Positions 11,751 to 20,000 of a stretch of 20,000 nt of DNA are shown here, one piece after another (the first letter of the stretch is position 1; each line of letters starts with the position of its first letter). The stretch is taken from NCBI GenBank assembly GCA_010093815.1, contig ML996571.1; one strand, given 5' to 3'. The notes below the pieces were generated by a model. It was not told the origin of the DNA, ran no database searches, and saw nothing but the letters and a program-made list of their open reading frames with translations. The position numbers and the translations under genes are program-made. Source of the DNA: Pseudovirgaria hyperparasitica (Eukaryota).

Positions 11751-12139
11751 TTAGGGTTAAGGTTTACTATAGCTTATTATGTTTTTATCGGAATATTAGA
11801 GATCCAAATATATTTAGCTTAGAAAAAACGATAAACTATACTAAGTTTAGTAGCTACTATATACTACTAGGTATCTTAGGAATCTAGATAAATAGTTCTT
11901 AGAAACTTACTAATATTAAGAAAAAACCGCCCCGAATCTAACTAGGTATAATAATAATAATATTATATAACTAGGTAGAGTAGTTTACTCTATAGGTATA
12001 TACCTCCTCTAGTCTAAGCTATTATATAAGAAGAAACCTTTATAAAAGGAAAAACTTCCTTCTCTCTATAACTATATCTCGTTAAGCCTTCGCGTTATTT
12101 TAAGTATATAGCTATTAGGGATACCTATAGGCCTATAGC

Positions 12140-15100
12140 CTATAGTACTATTATTTTACCCTTAGGTAGTACGTGTAGAGTACGTGGGTTATTAGTTAAG
12201 GGCTACCCTTAACTAATAATTAGGGTTCTCCTAGGGTTCTTCCGGTATATACTAGGGCTTATCTAGTATATACCTAGCTTCTTCCGGTATATATATCTAG
12301 GTCTACTAGTACTAAGGAAGTAGGAAGTATATAAGTATCTACTAGGCGGTCTTCTTAGGGTACTCGTTAAGCTAGCGTGTAATATTAGAGGTCTTTATTA
12401 CGTAGATAAGTATTTATCTTAGTGTATAGAGGTCCGTATATATCGTAAGGTAGTATTATATTATACCTCTTTGGCCGTATACTTTATACTATAGAGACGT
12501 GTTAGGGACGCCCCTCTAGTATAGATAGTATAGAAGTTCTATAGCTCCCGTTTAGGCCTAGAGGAGGATAGATATCTAGGCTTTCGTAAGCCCCTTATAT
12601 ATCTATTTACTTAGTTCCTTCTATGGTCCTTAAATCTACTCTAGGTATCTATTCTATTAAGATATCTAGTAGGTCCGGAGAGCCTCTCTCTATTTATCCT
12701 AGGTCTATATCTTTATAGCCCGTATAAGCTCTTAAGGGTCCTACTAGTCTAGTATAATAAACCTTCTCTAATAAGGATGCGGCTTATCCCTAGAGTAGTC
12801 CGTTCCATAGAGTGTCCCGGCTTTCCTAAAGGTAAAGGTACTTAGAAGGCTTAGAGGAGTATAAGTAGGTTTATAGTAAGTATTAATAGGGTATAAATGG
12901 TAACTAGCTAGTAGGCGAGTGAAGTAGTAATTATATCGGTATAAGTTTAAATTAATTACTATAGAACTATCTCTAGAGATCGGGTCTAAAGGGTCTATAT
13001 AGTTCTACTAAGGTCCTCTAATTAGAATGCTTATTCTAAGCGTTTAGTACGTTACTTAGAATACCGATATTCTATTCCTAATTACCTAGTAGACTACTTA
13101 GAATACCTATTCTAAGTATCTATGATTGGCTCTCCCCATAGGTGTCTATCTTGGCCTTGGGTTACTACCTAAGGCTACCTATTATATCATAGGCACCTCT
13201 TCTACATGCTATGCTATTTCTTACGCTACTTATGCTAGAGTCTACGTATCCCTCTATGGCTCTAGCTAGTAATTTATTACATCTAGAAAGGCGTCTAGAT
13301 TATCCTCTATCTCCTACATAACCTAATTTAAGTCTATCTCTATTGGGCACCTATATTGTATCTAGGTTTAGTCTATATATAGTAGCGCTTAATAGTAGGT
13401 ACTAACTCATGCGCGTAGTACGGTAAAGGTATATTCTACATGTCCCCCGCGTTCCTATACTTATTATTTAGTAAAGTATATTACCCTCTATATCTAGTAG
13501 AAGTCTTATATACTTATTACGTTAGTCTCGCGTTATAGTAGCCCTATATTAGTAGCTTTATATATACTAGATATAAGGCGGAGTATACGGTTCTATATAG
13601 ACTTAACCTTTATTTATCTAGTCTATATAAGGGCCGTATACTAGTACTTGTATCCGTACGTAAAGGCGGGTCGTACTATAGAGATATATAGCTAGCGCGC
13701 CTTATCCTAGGCGGTTCTCTACGTAGAGGCCGTAATCTAGTATATAGTAGCTTCTACCTTAAGGGCCCTAGATATAGTATATATAATCTATAGGCCCTAT
13801 TTAAGTTTCTTATCGATTATAACGCTAAGTATATATATACTCTATATTAGCGGTTCGGCGAAAGCGTCTATTCTAGAATATCGCTCTCCTTCCTTAGTAG
13901 CCTATCTTCTATAGCGGTTAATAAAGTATATAAGTTAGTATTTCTTAGAGGTAAACTTTACTCCGTAGCGCTTTACCCACTAGATATATCTCTTATAGTC
14001 TTATTTAAGGCGTTTATATATTAAACTAGTATTATTATTAATGGCTAGAAGGTATATATTATCGGCGTATCCTACTACCTCTATATATTATATTCTCTAT
14101 AGAAGGTCTACGGTAAAGAAGAGGAAGAGAATTAGAGAGATAGTACTTTCTTATAGGATACTATATATTATTCTCTTATATTTACTTTAGTATCTAGGGA
14201 TATATATCTAGGTAATTCTTTTAATAAGAAAGAACTATATAAACTTCGTAATCTATTTAGGTATACGTCTCCTCTATAAGTTATAGATAAGTCTTATATA
14301 GTTTACCTTATTAAATACGCCGGCTATATTAAGAGAGAGTAATATTACTACGCGTCCCTACTTCTATATAGTCTAGATAACTTTAAGAATATATTAGATA
14401 GTAGTAATTAGGGAGCTCCCGGTCTTCGTCTTCTAGTTTACTAGAAGGAGATTATATTCTCGTGCTACGGTACTTATTTTCTTTGCGACCGTGGCCTTAA
14501 GTATCTTACTAAGATAGAAGAGAAGGGCGATTAGTCTCTATCCTTTTAGTAAGTTAGAGCTCTTCCCTAGCTTCGGGAGTATAATATTATAGGCTATCTA
14601 GAAGCTTTAGGGGTGGTATCTATTCTTAGTATATATCTAGAAGATAAGACTAATAAGTAGTAAGGTTACCTATATAGTATGTTTAAGGCATCTATTTAGT
14701 ATTCTATCTAGTCTAGGCGCTTTATCGTTTAGGAGTACTTTAATAGCGTTAAGTATATTCTCTTCCGTAATCTCTATAGAGATATTAACCACGTCTAGAT
14801 ATATAGTACCGTTAATATTAGATAGGTCTACTAGCTCTAGGGGGGGAAATATAACTTCTTAGAGGATCTCTATCTTTTCGGGGCTCATAGTATATATTCT
14901 CCCCTAGTATATTAGGGGAGGCATTAGTAGTAGTAGCGTTGGCGCGTCCACGCTCTTAGCCTACTTTACTATATACTATAGCTCTACGGCTTATCGTGTG
15001 TATTTATTGGTAATTATATACTAGTATTTATATCATTTATTATGGAGGGCCCTATTATAAGATCGGATTATCTCTTTCTATTTCTTCTATACCTTAGCTA

Positions 15101-16049
15101 TCCGGATATAGTATATACGTATATATAGTCTCTAGACTTCCCGTCTACTTTTATATATTTAAGATATACCCCTTACGTCTAGGGGCTTATACGTTTAGTA
15201 TAGTATATATTTATCTCTTAAGTCTTAGAAGGCTTAAAGAAGGACTTATACGGCTCTATCTATGGCCGGGCCGTTAGATACGTCGACTATAGAGAGGTCT
15301 AGGATTACCGATCCTAGGTTCTCCCTATACTTCTCCTAGTTAGTATCTTTCTAGAGCTATCTCCCCTATTATTTATTAGACGTAGATACGTCTATCGCGG
15401 TCTCTATATACTTATAGTTAGAGTCTATCTATGTCTTACTAGGGTAGTAGTATTATACTCTATAGCTTATATATTCCGTGGCAAGGATAAGGTTAAGTAT
15501 AGATCTCTCCTCGTTCTATTTATATTTCCTCTACGTAATCTATCCGACTAGTATAAGGAGGTATAGAAGGTCTTAGTATCTTATATATAGTTCTCTTACC
15601 CTAAGCTCTTCTCTAATAACTATCGGACCTCTCTACTATCTATAGTAGAGGTTAAAGTCGCCTAGAAGGATATATTATTCTAGTACCGTAATGCCCTCTA
15701 GCATAGCGTCCGGTATAAGTAATTCTCTTTAGTTATAGATATTATAGATATAGAGGGGCCCTATATTTATCTAGAGATATAGTATTATCTAGAGGTTATC
15801 TTAGTCTATATAGGACTATTCTAAGAGCGGGATTAATTTATATATATAGAATAGGACTCTCCTACCTAGGCCTAGGGAGTAGATAGTATAGTATTCTAGG
15901 TGTATCGTGGGTTTATTGGTTTAGTAGTATTTATATAGCTCCTAGATAGCTATTATTACGGTATCTATCTCTTCTAGAAGCGTGGCCTAGTTTTCTTATT
16001 TATATTATACGTTTGCCTATATAATAATAAGTATATCTTAGCTCCTTAT
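12140..16049 (-). pseudogene. LINE ORF2 (APE endonuclease + reverse transcriptase), RIPed and interrupted by a solo LTR; 3' end approximate
   Basis: N-terminus reads III*ANV...IIAI*ELY (IVQANV...IAIQEP), the APE signature. RT motifs mirror copy 1, including GYADN at ~14060-14075. The de-RIPed start overlaps the ORF1 stop (ATGA). Confidence 0.85.
12753..13281. mobile_element. Solo LTR (529 bp) inserted in LINE ORF2
   Basis: Termini TATAATAAA (RIPed TGTAATAAA) and TTTATTACA form a 9-bp inverted repeat. A 5-bp TSD TCTAG sits at 12748-12752 and 13282-13286. The segment is absent from the homologous site in the 9020-11140 LINE (~10330). Confidence 0.9.
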
Positions 16050-16431
16050 TAGGTACTAGGGAATGCTCGAGCCTATATACTAGTGGCGTTAAGGCGTAAC
16101 TATCCCTACGCGGTAGCTGCCTTAAGAATACCCTAGGGTCGCTCTATCTTTCTCTATATGGTATACTATTACGTGTTAGTCCCGCCTCCTTATAGATTAG
16201 TTAGTATAGTTACGGGTAAGGTTAGAGTAGGTAGTAGAGGCCTCGTAGCTTAGTATATCTACCTCGCCTCTCTTACCTTTATAGTATTAATATACTTAGT
16301 AACTTATCTATATTTTATACACGTCGCTAACTATAATAGATAGTTTCTATTATAGTTAGAGTACTTAGTAGTGTCTTTATTACGTGTATAGTCTTCCTAT
16401 CCTTTATATAGGTATTTCTAGATACGGTAGT
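16046..16431 (-). pseudogene. LINE ORF1 (gag-like) C-terminal part with CCHC zinc knuckle
   Basis: Reads KYSNYNRNYLL*LATC (KCSNCDGNHPSWSATC) at ~16320-16367 and ends ...AFPST** (STQ*) overlapping the ORF2 start. Confidence 0.75.
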
Positions 16432-16645
16432 TGTTAGGACTTAGCCTTAGGTAGAACCTAACCTATACGTACCTTAGCTAACAGGGTTAGAAGGTGACGT
16501 GAAGGGCGGTAAATAGTTACGTGCTAGATAGATTAGCGTCTCTTTATATATATACTCTCGGATTTCTACCGAAAGGGTTTAGTAGTAATTCGTTCTATAA
16601 TAGAATATACTCTATTATTCTATCTAACTATACTACTATCTAATA
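16432..16645 (+). repeat. Putative 5' LTR of the gypsy element (3' boundary tentative)
   Basis: TGTTAG start. CTAATA ending at 16645 could be a RIPed CTAACA, the inverted terminus. Gag begins about 50 bp later. Confidence 0.45.
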
Positions 16646-16693
16646 ACCCTATTCTTATATTCGAATTACTCTCTATATAGTACTATAGTTAAG

Positions 16694-18007
16694 ATAGTCT
16701 AACTAGAACCGAGAAGGTCGATACGATCTACTATAGGGATAAGTAATACTATATTAAATAATAGGGATTCTCTATAATTAGTATTAATCCTAGCCGTTTC
16801 TAACCGAGAAGTAGAAATATTAGACTAAATCACGGAGCTTTTAGATAAAGAAATGGTAGATATACTAAGTAACTTCTAATAATATAAAGTCGGATAATAA
16901 GTCGTGGCGGAGCTACGTAAGGTATTATAATAAACCATCGCCGAACTTTAGAAATACGTCGCGAATTAGGCTTAAGAGATTTAAACTCTTAAAGAATAGA
17001 TAGAACGCGCGAAACTCCTTATAAAGAGACGAGAACTTAAGGAGTCTCTTAAAGAACTACGCCGAACGATAGTAGGTAGACGACTTCCTATACTAATTTA
17101 GGCGGAATTAGTTTATCTACCATTAGAGTTATAATAATCCACCGTATACCCGGCCGCTTCGTTACCGATTTACTCTACTTCTTCCCTAGATATACTAAAA
17201 TCTAAAGACCTAACTATATTTATAGGGAAGAACTAAAAGGAGTAGAAAGACTAGAAGAGAGACTACGAAAAGTACTTCCTCGATAACCCTCTACTCTTTT
17301 CTACTAAAGTATAACGCATTTCGTTTAGAGAACGATACCTAGACTTATAATCCCGCAATTAATAGAATAGATAGAAGGAAGTATAGCTACTATCTACAAT
17401 AACCTAGGAACATTTAGCTATATTTATACTAAACACCCTCGGAACGGATAGAGAATATAAAAGAAAGGTACTATCTAAGTTAAGAAGCGTGGTATAACGA
17501 CCGAACTAGACACCTACTTAACTACTATAATACCTATAAAACCTATAGAATAATATCCCTACGCTATAGAAAAATATTTATATATTCTAGTTTCGCGAAG
17601 TACTACTTCCGTTAATCCGCGAAAGACTAGAAATAGTATTATTAAGTTTTAACTATCTATATAAATTAGAGGAGAAAGCTAATAAATACTACCGTATCCT
17701 TAAGAAACGCGGCTCTCTAGGTAAAACCGATAAACCCTATACGGGTTAGAAATGAGGTCGATCGAATACGTTCGATTAAGAGTAACCTTACCGTAATTAG
17801 CGCTAGAAGAGTATAAATCGGGGTAGAAAGGCGTTAAGAGGATACTAAAATAATTAAGGTAGTACTTCTTAACGTAGAAAAGGATAAGGCATAGGCTTAA
17901 ATATAACGTCTATTATAAAATAGTAGGATTATAGTATACTTTATTACTATAAGTATAGAGAAATAGGATATATTTCACCTAACTATAAGAATCCGAAAAA
18001 AGAATAG
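16694..18007 (+). pseudogene. gag: Gypsy gag, RIPed
   Basis: One frame from ATA (de-RIPed ATG) at 16694 through a coiled-coil-like region. CCHC knuckle at 17945-17986 reads YYKYREIGYISPNY (CYKCGEIGHISPNC). Ends KNPKKE* at 18007. Confidence 0.8.
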
Positions 18008-20000
18008 GCTAGTATATAAGACCTAACCATATTCTTAGCTAAATTATATATACTTAGAAGGAGCTATAGCGCCTTCTGGCGAGTAAAGACCTAATATTAC
18101 TAAAAGTATTATTACCTATAGTAAATAGTAATAAAACTATATAGGCCCTCGTAGACACTAGTATAGAAGATAACTATATTTTATTAATTCTTATAAAGGA
18201 GTATAGATTATTATACGATTTTAGTAAAGTTAGCCGAACTATTATAGTTAATAGATATAAAGTTAGAACTTTAGGTAAAGCTATAACGAATTATGAAGTT
18301 CATGACTTAAAGATAATAAAATAGTAGATATCTAATAAATTCATCGTGGCTAATATTAGCTAATAGAATATAATTCTAGGGATGCCTTAGCTTAGACGCC
18401 TAAACCCTATTCTTGATTTTTAGAAGGAGATATTAATATTCCGACGATACTATAGTAAATTATACTAGTAAATTATAACTATTAGTAAGGAGGCATAGAA
18501 CCTTACTATGTGGACCCGATTATTACTAATCTATTTTATATTCTTATTAATTATTAATAAAGACGAGGATAATAGTAATAATTAGGGCGAAGACACGCTA
18601 TCTAATATATATTCATAGTATACGGATGTGTTTTCGGTAGGAGATATATTACTTCTCCCTAATCACGGGCTATATAAGCTAAAGATCGAGCTCGAAGAGG
18701 GAGTAGACGTCCCTTATAGCCTACTTTACCTACTTTTAAGACTAGAACTTAAAGTTCTTCGTAAATATATTAAAGAATACCTTAGAAGAGGCTAGATATA
18801 TCATAGTACGTTATCGGCTAGTATATCTATTCTCTTCGTAAAGAAGAAAGACGGAAGTTTATATCTATATATCGACTATTAGGTACTAAATATAGTAACT
18901 AAGAAGAATCGTTATCTATTACCGCTAGTTAGTAAATCTTTAGACTAATTAATAAAGGTAAAGTACTTTATAAAGCTAGATTTATAAGATATATATTACT
19001 AGCTTCGAATTCGTCGCGGAGATAAGTAGAAAACCGCATTTCGGACTAGATATAGTTATTTTAAGTATACTATTATACTATTCGGGCTAATAAATATACT
19101 AGGAGCGTTTTAAGAATATATTAACACTATACTTATAGGATTACTTAACGTGATTTACGTAGTTTATCTCAATAATATACTAATTTACTCTAATAGTATA
19201 TAGAATTATAAAGAACACGTGAAATTAGTACTAAATCATCTAAGGTAGTATAAACTCTACGTAAAATTATCTAAATACGAGTTTTACTAATAAGAAGTTA
19301 GATTTCTCGGCTTTATTATAATATATAGCGGTCTAAAAATAGAGCCGGAGCGTGTAAAGACTATTATAGAATAGCTAGAACCTACTACTATATATTAAAT
19401 TAGAATATTTATAGGTTTCGTAAACTATTATTATAAATTTATTATAGACTTCTTACGAATTACGGCGCCACTTAATAAACTTATAGAGAATAGCGGTAAA
19501 ATCCCTATAGGTAGGTAAGTATAGCGTAAAGCTAAGTCGGTTAAGATATAGTTAATGCCGGAAGCGTAAGATACGTTCCGATTATTAAAGAATTACTTTA
19601 TAACTACGCCGATTCTTAGGTATTTTAATTCCGAGAAGTATATTTAGGTTAAAACTAATGCGTTAGAATTTATAATTACTAGAATTATTAGTTAACTATA
19701 TAAAGATATAAAAGATAAGGTATAATAGTACCCGGTCGCTTTCTTTTCCTATAAAATAGTAGATATAGAGACGCGTTATAACACGCACGACTAGAAACTA
19801 CTTATAATCGTTAAGAGTTTTAAGTAATAGCGATATTATTTAGAAGGCTCTATATATTAGATTGAATTATTATCGGATTACGTAAATCTATATTACTTTA
19901 TATCGACTAAGGTCCTTAATTACCGATAAGTACGTTAGGCTAAGTAGATATTAATATTTAACTTTAAAATCTTATATAAAGCTAGAAGAGAGAATAAAGC
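18001..20000 (+). pseudogene. pol: Gypsy pol (aspartic protease, RT, RNase H), RIPed, partial; -1 frame relative to gag
   Basis: ALVDTSIEDNYI (ALVDTGAEDNYI) at 18145. IILGMP*L at 18370. FVKKKDGSLYLYIDY*VLN at ~18835. YLNN (YLDD) at 19165-19176. VKTNALEFII (VETDASEFAI) at ~19648. YNTHD*KLLIIVKSFK**RYYLEG at ~19777. Confidence 0.92.

Larger units (their letters stand above)
11948..16431 (-). mobile_element. Tad1-like LINE (ORF1 3' part, ORF2, 3' UTR, TTA tail), RIPed; 5' part cut off by a gypsy insertion
   Basis: Tail reads ATAATAATAATA at ~11948-11960. 11960-14600 is the reverse-complement homologue of the 9020-11140 copy. APE endonuclease and ORF1 zinc knuckle lie further right. Confidence 0.9.
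16432..20000 (+). mobile_element. Ty3/gypsy LTR retrotransposon (5' LTR, gag, PR-RT-RNaseH), RIPed, continues beyond the window
   Basis: Starts TGTTAGG at 16432, exactly where LINE ORF1 is cut. Domain order is gag-CCHC, protease, RT, RNase H. Confidence 0.93.

Noticed and set aside
9020..14600. Terminal inverted repeats of a DNA transposon or foldback element
   Set aside because: The inverted arms are two diverged LINE copies with RT motifs and their own tails.

Overview
AT-rich fungal repeat block, most likely from a Pezizomycotina ascomycete, heavily mutated by repeat-induced point mutation (RIP). TpA is abundant, CpA/TpG are scarce, and reading frames are full of TAA/TAG at Gln/Trp/Arg positions, so no intact genes remain. 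Reversing C>T/G>A by eye reveals a nested series. (1) The 5' end (gag start plus LTR) of a minus-strand LTR retrotransposon, 1-1411. (2) A relic SNF2-family helicase gene with a triplicated exon+intron unit, ~2136-6100. (3) A co-oriented, intron-containing tyrosine recombinase relic (LLR.DE / HSFRRGG / WGGWS / Y, C-terminal CxxCGRxCxC), ~6730-8989, surrounded by short tandem arrays. (4) Two tail-to-tail Tad1-like LINEs, 9020-11140 (+) and 11948-16431 (-); the second carries a solo LTR. (5) A Ty3/gypsy element from 16432 to the window end, inserted into the LINE ORF1. The most interesting signal is the SNF2 helicase + tyrosine recombinase pair, which may be the remains of a large YR-mobilised element unlike canonical Starships, DIRS or simple Cryptons. 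All protein motifs quoted as 'de-RIPed' are my manual reconstructions, not database hits.
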